Assembly (NCBI GenBank): GCA_965214705.1
Contig: CBDCCI010000002.1
Coordinates: forward strand, 1,792,001-1,856,000
Reading direction: 5' to 3'
DNA length: 64,000 bases
Source of the DNA: Alphaproteobacteria bacterium
Lineage (GTDB): Bacteria > Pseudomonadota > Alphaproteobacteria > UBA828
Each line of letters begins with the position of its first letter. Position 1 is the stretch's first letter. Position numbers and translations under genes: made by a program. Under the pieces are notes generated by a model, which was given only the letters and a program-made list of their open reading frames with translations, did no database searches and had not been told where the DNA came from. This document shows positions 1 through 10,214 of this stretch, piece by piece.

Positions 1-2
1 TT

Positions 3-98
3 CGCCTTACGAAGGGCCAGTTCGAGGCTCTCTTCGAGGGCCTCGACTGGCGCCGGGTGAAGGCCCGCCCGGTTCGCCGCCCGCTGGCGGCGGAGTGA
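3..98 (+). CDS. tnpB: IS66 accessory protein TnpB (Orf2), C-terminal fragment
   Basis: Frame 3 reads RLTKGQFEALFEGLDWRRVKARPVRRPLAAE*. The LxEGLDWR ending is typical of IS66 TnpB, and it lies upstream of the IS66 transposase. Confidence 0.8.
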   Translation, partial: RLTKGQFEALFEGLDWRRVKARPVRRPLAAE

Positions 99-106
99 GG
101 CGAGAC

Positions 107-151
107 GCAGGCGGGTCCGCAGATTTTTGTCGAGGTCCCGCCTGCACTTTT
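107..151 (+). terminator. Possible hairpin/terminator after tnpB
   Basis: GCAGGCGGG (107-115) pairs with CCCGCCTGC (137-145) and is followed by ACTTTT. The loop is large. Confidence 0.3.
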
Positions 152-182
152 CCCTGGTCACGCATTGGCGAATCGGATTAAG

Positions 183-2274
183 CCGAACTTCCAGTGTGGG
201 ATAGTCAAAGAACCGTTGTGCGGCAGGGGTTTCGGCGAGTTTCGAAGCGACGATTACTGGACAGGTTTGGCGGTGGTCATCCCCTTTTCGGTGAGCGCGG
301 GCGCAGGATGGGGCCGCAGCCCGAGCAATGCGAACGCCCTTTCCTGCAGTTCGGTCGGCTTGGTCAGGGCGGGCACGGCGAAGTCGGTTCCGGTGGCGAT
401 CTCAGTGGCAGCAAGCGTGCCGAGATGGCCGAGGAGATCGCGGAAGTCGCACACCGCAAGTCCATCATCCGTCTTTCGGCGCTTGTCCTTGCGCCGGGCC
501 TTTTCCGAGCGTTCCGGCGGCGCCACCGGGTTCGCGGACAGCGGCGCTCCGTCCTCCTCGGCGAACAGCAGCGGCGCCAGCCTGCGGCGCATGTGCCACT
601 CGACATACCAAGCCAGCATGCAGATCAGAAGATGCGCCCGTACTCGGTCGTCGCGCCAGTGGAAGATCGGGCGGATCCGCAACGACACCGTCTTGAGCGA
701 GCGGAAGGCGCGCTCGACGCGTGACAGGCTCTTGTAGACGCGGACCGCCTCGACGTCCTCGATCTCGTCCTCGTCCACGTTGGTGCGTATGACGTAGAGA
801 CCGTCGAGGGCGGCCTCGGCGTCGATCGACGCCCGGTCGCGTTCGCAACTGAAGGTGCCGCTGCCCTCGTCGAATTCGAAGCGGAAGTGCTTGGCCATCT
901 TGCGGCGGCGCAAGGTTCCCAGCCGACGGTTCAACTCGTCGCGGTCGATGTCGCCGGCGGCGTGGCGCGCGGCGAAATCGCGCGCGTCCGTCTCGGTCGC
1001 ATTGAGCAGCCCGTCGCGGTTGCGCTTGCGCTCGGCCGCCAGAACCGGGTTGTAGCAGACGATCAGCCTCTCGCCGGGATAGTCCGGCGTGGTCACCCGC
1101 GCGAGGCCCCAGGTGTCGAACAGGCCGGGCGTGACATGCCCCCGGTCGACGAGCTTGCGGATCGAGGATGCGCGCAGCGCCGTGATCCAGTCGATGCCGT
1201 TGGGCGCGAGGTCGCGGTCGATGCGGGTCTGCGCGATCATGCCGCGGTCCCCCACCAACACCACCCGCCGGATGCCGAAGCTGTCGCGGACCTTGCGCAC
1301 CTGGCTGGCCAGAGTCATCGGGTCGCCGGTGTTGCCGGCGAAGGCCTCGATCGAGACCGGACAGCCATCGCGGGTGCAGAGGAGGCCGTAGACGATCTGC
1401 GGGCGGTCGCCCCGGCGATCCCTCGAATAGCCGCGCTTCGCCATGGGGCAGGCGTTGCCCTCCATGTAGCTCGAGGACACGTCGTAGAGGACGAGATCGT
1501 CCTCTCCGAGATGGCGCCGGGCGAGCTTGCGCTCGATCGCGCCCTGTCGCGCGCCCAGCCAGTCCATGGCGGCGTAGAGTTCGTCGACGCTGACGCCTTC
1601 GACGCCGAGCAGGGCGGCGAGGGTGGTTGTGCCGGCCGCTCCCAGTTCGCGCTCGACGCGCAGCTTGGCGCCGGGCCGGATCAGGCGGGCGACGATCATG
1701 GCGATGACGAGGGCCCTGCGGCGATCGGGCCGGTGGAAGATGACGCGGTCGAGGCCGATGTCGCGAAGGGTGCCGAGAACGGCGCTGACGGCGCCGTGCG
1801 CCCGGCTGGCGCGCAGTTCGACGTCGGCGCTGTCGGGATTGAGGGCGGGTCCGCGCTTGAGGGCGCGTTTGAGGGCTTCGATGGCGTGTTCCGGGAGGGC
1901 GGAGAGGTTGCACAGGGTGCGCTTCTTGGGTTTTCCGTCCTGCCAGTAGGACTGTCTGAGGAGGTGGCAGCGGGAGTTTCCGGACCGGGTGGTTTCGATG
2001 TGCATATCGATCTGCCTAGCGAATCGCGGCAATCATATCGGAAAGGCTTGGGAATGCGGAGCAATTATCGTAACGAGAAAACTATCTACTGACTAGTATT
2101 CAGGTTTTGGTGGATGCGCCGGGACGGCGTGATCCAGCGCTGGAGCGCCGAATCGCGGCGGTTTCGGCGATCATTTCGGGAATTTCGCGCCAAACCGGGC
2201 GCTAAACTGCGCAGAAAGGGCGGAAACAGGCAAAATCCGGCCAGATCGGCAATCAGATGCTAACGGAAGTTCGG
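183..2274 (-). mobile_element. IS1634-family IS nested inside IS66
   Basis: 10-bp inverted repeats CCGAACTTCC (183-192) and GGAAGTTCGG (2265-2274), flanked by the direct repeat ATTAAG (177-182 and 2275-2280). Confidence 0.85.
254..2005 (-). CDS. IS1634-family DDE transposase
   Basis: Motifs LYDVSSSYMEG, GYSRD, VGDRGM, YKSLSRVERAFRSLK and RPIFHW..RVRAH. Probable start is MHIE at 2005. Confidence 0.9.
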   Translation of the reverse strand: MHIETTRSGNSRCHLLRQSYWQDGKPKKRTLCNLSALPEHAIEALKRALKRGPALNPDSADVELRASRAHGAVSAVLGTLRDIGLDRVIFHRPDRRRALVIAMIVARLIRPGAKLRVERELGAAGTTTLAALLGVEGVSVDELYAAMDWLGARQGAIERKLARRHLGEDDLVLYDVSSSYMEGNACPMAKRGYSRDRRGDRPQIVYGLLCTRDGCPVSIEAFAGNTGDPMTLASQVRKVRDSFGIRRVVLVGDRGMIAQTRIDRDLAPNGIDWITALRASSIRKLVDRGHVTPGLFDTWGLARVTTPDYPGERLIVCYNPVLAAERKRNRDGLLNATETDARDFAARHAAGDIDRDELNRRLGTLRRRKMAKHFRFEFDEGSGTFSCERDRASIDAEAALDGLYVIRTNVDEDEIEDVEAVRVYKSLSRVERAFRSLKTVSLRIRPIFHWRDDRVRAHLLICMLAWYVEWHMRRRLAPLLFAEEDGAPLSANPVAPPERSEKARRKDKRRKTDDGLAVCDFRDLLGHLGTLAATEIATGTDFAVPALTKPTELQERAFALLGLRPHPAPALTEKGMTTAKPVQ

Positions 2275-2289
2275 ATTAAGGGATCGGCC

Positions 2290-4005
2290 ATGCCGAAGGT
2301 CACGCCCTCACCCCTCAGCAGCGCCGGTTTGCCGTCGCCTGCGGTGGTTTCGGCGGCGCTGGCGACCCTGCAGGCGGAGCTTGCCGAGGAGCGCGCGGCG
2401 CGCCGTGCGACCGAAGCAGCCCTATGCGAAGCGGAGCAGGCACGCGGCGCGGCGGAGGCGGCGAGGCAGACGGCGGAAGCGCGGGCGGCACGGCTGGAGG
2501 CCGAGAACGCGCACAGCGCGGAGCAGATCAGCCGGCTTGAGCATCTCAACAAGGAGCTCAGGAAGGCGCTGTTCGGTCCGCGCTCCGAGAAGCTCAACGA
2601 GGACGAGCGCCAGCTTACGTTCGAGGAGTTTTGGGCGGCGATCGCTGAAGCCGGCGGTCGGCCCGAGGCAGATGACCAGGAGCAGGACGAGGGGGCTGGC
2701 GGCAAGCGCCGGCGGCGCTCTTCCCGGGGGTCGCGCAGCGGGGTGCGCTTCGGGCCCCAGGTCGACCGGCGCGAGGAGGTGATCGAGCCGGACACGATCA
2801 TGTGCCCCTGCGGCTGCGGCGAGATGACGAAGATCGGCGAGGACCGCAGCGAGCGGCTGGACTATGAGCCGGCGAAGTTCACCGTCATCGAGACCGTGCG
2901 CCCCCGCTACGCCTGCAACAAGTGCAAGGGCGGCGGGGTGGTGCAGGCGTCGGCGCCCGCCTCTCTGGTGGAGGGCGGCCTTCCCACCGAGGCTCTTCTG
3001 GCGCAGGTGCTGATCGCGAAGTACGGCGATCATTGCCCGCTCTACCGTCAGTCGCAGATTTACGAGCGCTCGGGGATCGAGGTTCACCGTGCGACGCTGG
3101 CGACGTGGGTGGGGCAGGCGTCGTTTCACCTGCGCCCCGTGGTCGCTTGCCTGAAGGATGAGCTGAAGAAGTCGGATCACCTGGGTCTGGACGAGACCAC
3201 GATCCGCGTTCTCGACCCGGGCCGGGGCAAGACGAAGACGGGCTACATGTGGACCCTTGTGCGCGACGAGCGCCACTGGAGCGGCGCCGACCCGCCGGGC
3301 GTTGTCTATCGCTATGAGCCCGGTCGCGGCGGCAAGTATGGCGCCAGGCTCTTGAAGGGCTTTTCGGGGACGGTGCAGCTCGACGCCTACTCGGGCCACA
3401 ACATCCTGGCGCGGCCGGACCGGCCCGGCGGCCCCGTGACGCGGGCTCTGTGCTGGGCGCACGTCAGGCGCAAGCTGAAAGAGGTGTACGACTCGAGCGC
3501 CTCGCCGATCGCGCTGGCTGGCCTGAAGCGGATCGCGACGCTCTATGCGATCGAGGAGAAGATCCGGGGCGAGCCGCCGGCGACGCGTCAGGCGATCCGC
3601 TGGGAGGAGTCGGCGCCGATCGTGAACGCCTTCGGTGTCTGGCTCGACGAACAGCGCTCGCGGGTCTCACCGCGCTCGCGTCTCGGCGAGAAGCTCACCT
3701 ATATCGCCAACCAGTGGGACGGGCTGCTGGAGTTCCTGCACGACGGCCGCGTCGAGATCGACTCGAACCTGGTGGAAAACCGAATCCGCCCGCTGAAGCT
3801 CACCGCCAAGAATGCGCTCTTCGCCGGCAACGACGAGGGTGCGCAAGCCTGGGCCCGCATCGCATCGCTGATCGAGACCTGCAAGATGAACGGCGTCGAG
3901 CCTTACGCCTGGATGCGGAGCACGCTCGAGAAGATCGCCAAGGGTCACCCGCAGTCCAAAATCCAGGAACTGCTGCCGTGGAACTTCGAGCCCGAGACAA
4001 ATTGA
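2290..4005 (+). CDS. tnpC: IS66-family transposase TnpC
   Basis: Coiled coil followed by LFGPRSEK, zinc finger CPCGC...CNKC, LDET, CWAHVRRK and IDSNLVENRIRP, ending ELLPWNF. Confidence 0.93.
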   Translation: MPKVTPSPLSSAGLPSPAVVSAALATLQAELAEERAARRATEAALCEAEQARGAAEAARQTAEARAARLEAENAHSAEQISRLEHLNKELRKALFGPRSEKLNEDERQLTFEEFWAAIAEAGGRPEADDQEQDEGAGGKRRRRSSRGSRSGVRFGPQVDRREEVIEPDTIMCPCGCGEMTKIGEDRSERLDYEPAKFTVIETVRPRYACNKCKGGGVVQASAPASLVEGGLPTEALLAQVLIAKYGDHCPLYRQSQIYERSGIEVHRATLATWVGQASFHLRPVVACLKDELKKSDHLGLDETTIRVLDPGRGKTKTGYMWTLVRDERHWSGADPPGVVYRYEPGRGGKYGARLLKGFSGTVQLDAYSGHNILARPDRPGGPVTRALCWAHVRRKLKEVYDSSASPIALAGLKRIATLYAIEEKIRGEPPATRQAIRWEESAPIVNAFGVWLDEQRSRVSPRSRLGEKLTYIANQWDGLLEFLHDGRVEIDSNLVENRIRPLKLTAKNALFAGNDEGAQAWARIASLIETCKMNGVEPYAWMRSTLEKIAKGHPQSKIQELLPWNFEPETN

Positions 4006-4046
4006 CTCGCGCGCTCACGGCGCTCCTCAACAAGTCCCCCTCGTAG

Positions 4047-4649
4047 TCAACCCAGATTCCGGCATGGGGTCTGCGTAACGCTTACGATGTAGGCGTAGTT
4101 CTCGGCGGCGGCGCCGATCTCCTGCAGGTTGGCCTCGGGGTCGCCGGCGATGATCGTCGCGGTACTGAGAAAGAAGATCGCTTCCTCGTCGTCCTTCGGC
4201 ACGCCGAGGCCGCGCGCATAGAGCACGCCGAGATTGAAGCGGCTGGCTGCATCGTCCTGCTCGGCCGCGCGCCTGAACCACTCCGCCGCCGCCTCGTAGT
4301 CGCGCTCGACACCGAGGCCGCCGGCATAGATGGTGCCCATGTTGAACTGCCCGGTGACGTCGCCCTGCTCGGCGGCGCGCCGGGTCCAGCGCAACGCCTT
4401 GGCATAGTCGACCGCGACCCCCTGGCCGTGGATGTAGAGGCTGCCGATCGCCGCCTGCGCCCGCGCGTCGCCCGCTTCGGCGAGCGGCTGCCATGCCTCG
4501 AGCGCAGCGGCTATATCGCCCCGCTCGAAGGCGGCCTGGCCCGTGCCCCAGTCCGCGGCGGCGGGCCCGGTGCCAAGCGCGAGCGCCGCAACGAAGAGGA
4601 CCGCGAGCGACAAGCGTGTGCGCCGGCGCATTCGCCTGTTCACTCCCAT
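4047..4649 (-). pseudogene. Sel1-like repeat secreted protein, 3' end truncated by IS66
   Basis: Signal peptide plus Sel1 repeats (AAEQGDVTGQFNMGTIYAGGLGVERD). The last 12 residues (VSVTQTPCRNLG) are read from the IS66 terminal repeat. Confidence 0.8.
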
Positions 4650-6184
4650 TCGATCGTTCCCGGCGGTTTCGAGGTCACGTCGTAGACCACGCGGTTGATG
4701 CCCTTCACCTCGTTGACGATGCGATTCGCGACACCGCCGAGGAAGCCCATGTCGAAGTGGTAGAAGTCGGCGGTCATGCCGTCTGCCGAGGTGACGGCGC
4801 GGAGTGCACAGACGTGCTCGTAGGTGCGCGCGTCGCCCATCACGCCCACCGTCTGGACCGGAAGGAGCACTGCGAAGGCCTGCCAGATGGCGTCGTAGAG
4901 GCCGGCGCTCCGGATTTCCTCGATGAAGATGGCGTCGGCCTGCTGCAGGACCGCGACCTTCTCCGCCGTCACCTCGCCGGGGATGCGGATCGCGAGGCCG
5001 GGGCCGGGGAAGGGGTGGCGCCCGGTCAGCGCTTCGGGCATCCCGAGAGCGCGGCCGAGGTCGCGCACCTCGTCCTTGAAGAGCGAGCGCAGCGGCTCGA
5101 CCAGGCTGAGGTTCATCCGCTCAGGCAGCCCGCCGACATTGTGGTGGGACTTGATTACGACGCTCGGCCCGCTGACGGAGACCGATTCGATCACATCCGG
5201 GTAGAGCGTTCCCTGGGCCAGGAAGTCGGCATCGCCGGCGCCACGCGCGGCCTCCTCGAACACGTCGATGAAGGTGGCGCCGATGATCTTGCGCTTCTCC
5301 TCGGGCTCGGTGACGCCGGCGAGCCGTTCCAGGAACACGGCCTGCGCATCCTCGTGGACAAGCGGGATGTTGTAGCTGCCGCGAAAGAGACTGGTGACCT
5401 CCTCGGCCTCGCCCTGGCGCATCAGGCCGGTGTCGACGAACACGCAAGTGAGCTGGTCCCCGATCGCCTCGTGCAAGAGCACCGCCACCACCGAGGAATC
5501 GACGCCGCCTGAGAGCCCGCAAATCACCCGTCCGTCGCCGACCTGTGCCCGAATCGCCTCGATGGCGCTGGCGCGGAACGAGGCCATCGTCCAGGTGCCT
5601 TGGCACCCCGCGACCCTGCGCGCAAAGTTCTGCAGCAGCGCCGCGCCGTGGGGCGTGTGCACCACCTCCGGGTGGAACTGGATACCGTAGAAGTGGCGCG
5701 CATCGTCCGCGATAGCCGCGAAGGGGGCCGAGTCGGTGCGGGCGACCACGCGAAAGCCCTCCGGCACCGCCGCCACCGCGTCGCCGTGGCTCATCCAGAC
5801 TTGCTCGCGCGCGCCCACCTGCCAGACGCCATCGAAGAGCAGGCAGGGCTCGACGATATCGAGGTGCGCCCGGCCGAATTCGCGCTGTGAGGTGGATTCC
5901 ACGGCGCCACCGAGTGCCGCGCACATCGCCTGCTGGCCGTAGCAGATGCCGAGAAGCGGAATGCCGAGCGCGTAGATCGCCTCGTCGGGGCGGGGCGCCT
6001 CGACCTTGGTAACGGACGCCGGGCCGCCCGAGAGGATGACGCCTTGGGGCGCCAGGCGCTCGATCTCTGCTGCCGGAGTCGTGAAGGGCCTGATCTCGCA
6101 GTAGACCCCGGCCTCGCGCACCCGGCGGGCGATCAGCTGGGTCACCTGCGAGCCGAAGTCGAGGATCAGGATTTGCTCGGTCAT
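4640..6184 (-). CDS. guaA: GMP synthase (glutamine-hydrolysing)
   Basis: [37 protein letters not shown] and the C-terminal KPPGTIEWE. Confidence 0.98.
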   Translation of the reverse strand: MTEQILILDFGSQVTQLIARRVREAGVYCEIRPFTTPAAEIERLAPQGVILSGGPASVTKVEAPRPDEAIYALGIPLLGICYGQQAMCAALGGAVESTSQREFGRAHLDIVEPCLLFDGVWQVGAREQVWMSHGDAVAAVPEGFRVVARTDSAPFAAIADDARHFYGIQFHPEVVHTPHGAALLQNFARRVAGCQGTWTMASFRASAIEAIRAQVGDGRVICGLSGGVDSSVVAVLLHEAIGDQLTCVFVDTGLMRQGEAEEVTSLFRGSYNIPLVHEDAQAVFLERLAGVTEPEEKRKIIGATFIDVFEEAARGAGDADFLAQGTLYPDVIESVSVSGPSVVIKSHHNVGGLPERMNLSLVEPLRSLFKDEVRDLGRALGMPEALTGRHPFPGPGLAIRIPGEVTAEKVAVLQQADAIFIEEIRSAGLYDAIWQAFAVLLPVQTVGVMGDARTYEHVCALRAVTSADGMTADFYHFDMGFLGGVANRIVNEVKGINRVVYDVTSKPPGTIEWE

Positions 6185-6278
6185 GAGTCGGTCTTAGGCG
6201 CGACCCTCAGCGTGCGATGGACTGCGATGCGGTTGCCGCCTATCGTAAAGCGGCACGGGAAGCGGAAAGGTCGCGGTC

Positions 6279-7433
6279 GTGGATAGCACGGCACTTGCCG
6301 AGCCAAAAGTGCCAGCGAAGGCATGGCTCAGGCGGACGGCGATCGCATGCGGTGTGCTGGCGGCCATGGCGTGCGCCGATGCGCTCGCCGGTGACCCGAT
6401 CACGGACGCACTCTCCCTGGTCGCCCAGGAGCGCTACGCGGAAGCGCACGAAGCGCTCGAACCGCTGGTCGAGCGCGAGCCCAATGCGCCCGGCGTGCGG
6501 CTGATTCAAGGCATCCTGAATGCGCGCGAGGGAAACTTCGCCGAGGCGATCGCCATATTCGAAAGCCTTCGAGACGATCATCCCACGATGTTCGAGGCGC
6601 ACAACAACCTTGCCGTGCTCTACGCCAAACTCGGACGGTTGAACGATGCGCGGGAGACGCTCATCGCGGCACTGGAGCTGAGACCCGACGCGGTCGTGTA
6701 CGCCAATCTCGGCGACGTCTATTTGCAGCTCGCGGAGAAGGCCTACATGCGCGCCCATGAGCTTCGCGTGGAGGGCTCTCCAGCGGCTGAGGGGAGCGAA
6801 CAGGCCGCGGCGAGCCCAGAGCCGGCAGCGACGGCGGAAGAGCCTGCCGCAGTTCAGATAACGCAGGACGAAGAGCCTGCCGCAGTTCCGACGACGCAGG
6901 CCGAAACGAAAGTGGAGACCGCAGAGGCGGAGAAGCCCGAAGTGTCGCCTGCCCAAGCGTCGATCGAGAACTGCGTTCGCGCGGAATGGTTCAAGAATTC
7001 CGATGCTGCTTACGAGGCGGCGGCCTGGATGCGCGCGCGCGGAGCGACGGAAATCAAGGTGCGCCAGGAGGAGCGCGAGGCGGTCAAGAACCACCACGTG
7101 TATATTCCGCCGCTTGCGAGCCGCGCGGCCGCTTCCGAAGTGGCGGACGAGCTTCGAAGCCGGGGCGTCAGCGACATCTGGATCTTCCGTGAAGGTGCGC
7201 GGGCCAACGGGATATCGCTGGGCGTCTTCCGGAACGAGCGTTACATGCGCCGCCGCGTCGCCGAGATCAGGGCGCTGGGCTATCCGGTCGTGTCCGCGCC
7301 GAATATGAAGGCCGTCAACGTCCATGTGATCGAGGCGGGCCTGGAAGGCGACCGCTCCGCCTTCGACGAAGCCTGGAAGACGGCGTTCCCGGAACAGGCC
7401 ATCCGCACCATCGATTGCGCCGGACAGGGCTGA
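6279..7433 (+). CDS. Secreted TPR-repeat protein with C-terminal SPOR-like domain
   Basis: Signal peptide, TPR motif EAHNNLAVLYAKLG, an acidic Ala/Pro linker, and a C-terminal VYIPP...NGISLGVF. Confidence 0.7.
   Translation: MDSTALAEPKVPAKAWLRRTAIACGVLAAMACADALAGDPITDALSLVAQERYAEAHEALEPLVEREPNAPGVRLIQGILNAREGNFAEAIAIFESLRDDHPTMFEAHNNLAVLYAKLGRLNDARETLIAALELRPDAVVYANLGDVYLQLAEKAYMRAHELRVEGSPAAEGSEQAAASPEPAATAEEPAAVQITQDEEPAAVPTTQAETKVETAEAEKPEVSPAQASIENCVRAEWFKNSDAAYEAAAWMRARGATEIKVRQEEREAVKNHHVYIPPLASRAAASEVADELRSRGVSDIWIFREGARANGISLGVFRNERYMRRRVAEIRALGYPVVSAPNMKAVNVHVIEAGLEGDRSAFDEAWKTAFPEQAIRTIDCAGQG
6837..6900 (+). repeat. 33-bp-period tandem duplication in the linker
   Basis: GAAGAGCCTGCCGCAGTTC occurs at 6837 and 6870 (EEPAAVQITQD / EEPAAVPTTQA). 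Confidence 0.75.
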
Positions 7434-7551
7434 GGCGCCGTCCAGCACCATCCCAGCGTTCACGACTCCCTTCGGATCGTTCGTCCGGAGCATCGGAACG
7501 CGTATGCTGTCGGCAGCGAGAAGGGGGACGGAGAGCGGGGCGGGCATTCCG

Positions 7552-7812
7552 ATGGAACGATGCAACCCGCACGCGTGGCGGACGCCGGTCGTCGGCGATA
7601 CAGCGCTCGTCTGCGACGTCTGTGAATACCGGATGGACCTCGCGCGCGACATCACTGCCGAGGCGCAGGCGGAGATTCTGCGTGAATACCGCCGGCACAA
7701 CGGGCCCATCGTGGGCGGTCACTTCGAGATGGCGCTGGAGGCTGCCCTGGCGGCTGCACGGGAGCGTGCCTCGGATGTCAATCCAGAGTCATCGGAGGAG
7801 GTGGGCGCGTAG
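7552..7812 (+). CDS. Small hypothetical protein (CxxH...CxxC)
   Basis: ORF MERCNPHAW...CDVCE with GC3-rich codons. Confidence 0.5.
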   Translation: MERCNPHAWRTPVVGDTALVCDVCEYRMDLARDITAEAQAEILREYRRHNGPIVGGHFEMALEAALAAARERASDVNPESSEEVGA

Positions 7813-7813
7813 C

Positions 7814-7957
7814 ATGAAGCGCTTCCTGAGGGACGCTGTCGTCGCGCTGTTCGTCGGCGCAGTCCTAGTGGCGCTGGCCATGTTCCTGAAGCAACCTGCC
7901 AACGACGACCCGTCAGGCGACGGCCCCACACCGGCCCAGGAGTCGCCGACACAGTAG
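7814..7957 (+). CDS. Small single-pass membrane protein
   Basis: MKRFLRDAVVALFVGAVLVALAMFLKQ; ATG lies 1 nt after the upstream stop. Confidence 0.5.
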   Translation: MKRFLRDAVVALFVGAVLVALAMFLKQPANDDPSGDGPTPAQESPTQ

Positions 7958-7963
7958 GGCACC

Positions 7964-9157
7964 TCAAACTGACGCCTTCAGACGCGTACCCAGGTAATCG
8001 ATGGCGGCGGAGGTGCCGCCCTTGCCGTGGGGGATATCGAGGGTGGCGAGACCAGTCTCGATGGCGCCGAGCGTGCCGAGCATCATGGGCGCGTTCACGT
8101 GGCCCATGTGGGCGATGCGGAGGGCGTGGCCGGAAAGCGGCCCGAGCCCGATGCCGAGGCTGACGTTGCAAACCTTCCAGACCCAGTCGAGCAGCCGGCC
8201 CAGGTGGGGCTCTTCCAGAAGAATCGTGGTTACGGTGGGCGAGCGCTCGGCGGGCTCCGGTATGTTGAAGGAGAGCGGCCCGGTTTCGCTCCAGCGCTCC
8301 ACGGCCGCCTGGGTCGCGCCCGCCAGCAGCTCGTGGCGGCGGAAGGCGGCCTCCATGCCTTCCTCGAACAGCATGTCGAGGGACTTGCGCAGGCCGAACA
8401 GCAAGTGCACCGGCGGCGTGCCGCAATATTTCATGTAGTGAAGCTCGCCCTCACGCACGGTCCAGTCCCAGTAGCGGGTGCGGAGGCCGGCGTTGGCGTG
8501 GGCGGCCAGCGCTCTTTCCCTTGCGGCGATGAAACTCAGGCCGGGCGTCATCATGAGCCCCTTCTGCGCGCCACCGACCGCGACATCAATGCCCCACGCG
8601 TCCATCTCGAACGGCATCGAGGCGAGCGAGGCGATGACATCGACCATGAAGAGGGCGCCGTGCCCGCTGCGGGCGATGGCCTGGCCCAGCGCCGCGATGT
8701 CGTTCGCGATGCCCGAGGCCGTGTCCACCTGCACTACCAGGATGGCCTTGATCTCGCCCGCACTGTCGGCACGGAGGCGCAGCTCCAAGGCCTCGGGCAA
8801 CACCGCCCGATTGGGCTCGGCCTCCAACTCCTCGACCTCGATGCCGAGCGGCTCCGCCATCTCGCCCCAGCCGACGGCGAAACGCCCGCTCTCCAGCACC
8901 AGCACCTTGTCGCCGCGCGAGAGGACGTTGGAGAGCGCCGCCTCCCAGGCGCCATGGCCGTTGGCGATGTAGATGTACGTGCGGCCCTGCTCAGTGCGGA
9001 AGACGCGCCGCAGATCGTCCAGGCAACTGTCGGTGACGGCGGTCAGCTCCTCGCCGTAGATGTCCACCGCCGGCCGCTGCATGGCCTGCAGCACCTCGTG
9101 GGGGACGGTAGTGGGGCCGGGGAGGGCCAGGAAATCGCGGCCGCGGCTTACGGTCAT
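7964..9157 (-). CDS. Class V PLP aminotransferase (serine-glyoxylate / alanine-glyoxylate type)
   Basis: LPGPT, NGHGAWEAA, VDTASG, GGAQKGLM (PLP lysine) and RIAHMG. Confidence 0.9.
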   Translation of the reverse strand: MTVSRGRDFLALPGPTTVPHEVLQAMQRPAVDIYGEELTAVTDSCLDDLRRVFRTEQGRTYIYIANGHGAWEAALSNVLSRGDKVLVLESGRFAVGWGEMAEPLGIEVEELEAEPNRAVLPEALELRLRADSAGEIKAILVVQVDTASGIANDIAALGQAIARSGHGALFMVDVIASLASMPFEMDAWGIDVAVGGAQKGLMMTPGLSFIAARERALAAHANAGLRTRYWDWTVREGELHYMKYCGTPPVHLLFGLRKSLDMLFEEGMEAAFRRHELLAGATQAAVERWSETGPLSFNIPEPAERSPTVTTILLEEPHLGRLLDWVWKVCNVSLGIGLGPLSGHALRIAHMGHVNAPMMLGTLGAIETGLATLDIPHGKGGTSAAIDYLGTRLKASV

Positions 9158-9287
9158 GGCGCACCTCGTGGAGTTCGGCGGCCGGGCGGGCCGCCGGCGC
9201 TTGGCCTACTCCTCCCGCATCGGTTGGGCAAGCCCGTCGTTCAGTGCCTCGGCGGCATGGGACGGCCGGGGCGCGAAGGTATCTCCC

Positions 9288-10133
9288 TCACAGCCCCATC
9301 TGGGCGAGGGCCGCCTGCGTGAGGGCGCTGCCGGGGCGGCCCATCTCGCTCACCACGTTGAAGTGGTGGAGCCCTTCGATCTCCATGACGGTGGCTTCGA
9401 AGCCGCGCGCCTGCCAGGCCTCGGCGAAGGCGCGGTTCTGAGCGACGAACGCGGGCGTTTCCTCTGCCCCCACGACGGCGATCAGGGGCGCGCCGGCCGC
9501 CGGCAGGTTGTGGATCGGGCTGTTGCGCGCGGCCGATTCGGCGTCGAGCCGGACATCGTCGTTGATGCTGGTCTCCAGGATCGGCGCCAGGTCGAAGATG
9601 CCGGAGATCGGGGTGCCGCCCTTCACCAGACCGGCCGGGCGCCCGCGCGCCGCCCAGTCTGTGCAGAGCATCATGGCGGTGAGGTGCCCGCCGGCTGAAT
9701 GGCCGGAGACGAAGATGCGGTCAGGATCCCCGTTAAGCCGGCCGGCATTGTCCGCGATCCATTCGAGCGCCGTGCGGCACTGCTCGACGATGGTATCGAG
9801 GGTCACCGCAGGCGCCAGCGCGTAGTTGAGCGACACCGCCGCACCGCCGGCGGCGACGAAGCCCTCGGCGGGGAACGAGTGCACGTCCTTGTCCATGGCG
9901 CGCCAGTAGCCACCGTGGATGAAGACCTGGATCGGCGCGCAGCCCGCCGGCGCCGGGAACAGGTCGGCGGTCATGTTGGGGCCAGCGCCGTAGCGGACAT
10001 CGAGGGTACAGGCGAGGGCCTCGCGCACCCGCACGCTCTCGGCTTCCCACACCGCGAAGTAGTCTTCGAAGTCGGGGTGGCGCTTGCGCAGGTTGTAGCC
10101 CGGCTCCTGGGGCAGATCCCGTTGCTCGTTCAT
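9288..10133 (-). CDS. Alpha/beta hydrolase, arylformamidase-like
   Basis: FIHGGYW, GHSAGG, ISGIFDL and a C-terminal HHF. Confidence 0.85.
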   Translation of the reverse strand: MNEQRDLPQEPGYNLRKRHPDFEDYFAVWEAESVRVREALACTLDVRYGAGPNMTADLFPAPAGCAPIQVFIHGGYWRAMDKDVHSFPAEGFVAAGGAAVSLNYALAPAVTLDTIVEQCRTALEWIADNAGRLNGDPDRIFVSGHSAGGHLTAMMLCTDWAARGRPAGLVKGGTPISGIFDLAPILETSINDDVRLDAESAARNSPIHNLPAAGAPLIAVVGAEETPAFVAQNRAFAEAWQARGFEATVMEIEGLHHFNVVSEMGRPGSALTQAALAQMGL

Positions 10134-10214
10134 CCGCTTGCTCCCGTTGTTCGTCAGCGCCGTTACTCTCCCCGAAGCACGTCGAAGGCGATGCTATCAC
10201 GGACCGCCACCGCC

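Larger units (their letters stand above)
1..4085 (+). mobile_element. IS66-family insertion sequence (left end outside the window)
   Basis: Contains a tnpB tail and tnpC. The right end reads GTAAGCGTTACGCAGACCCC on the minus strand from 4085, matching the GTAAGCG terminus of IS66. Confidence 0.85.
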
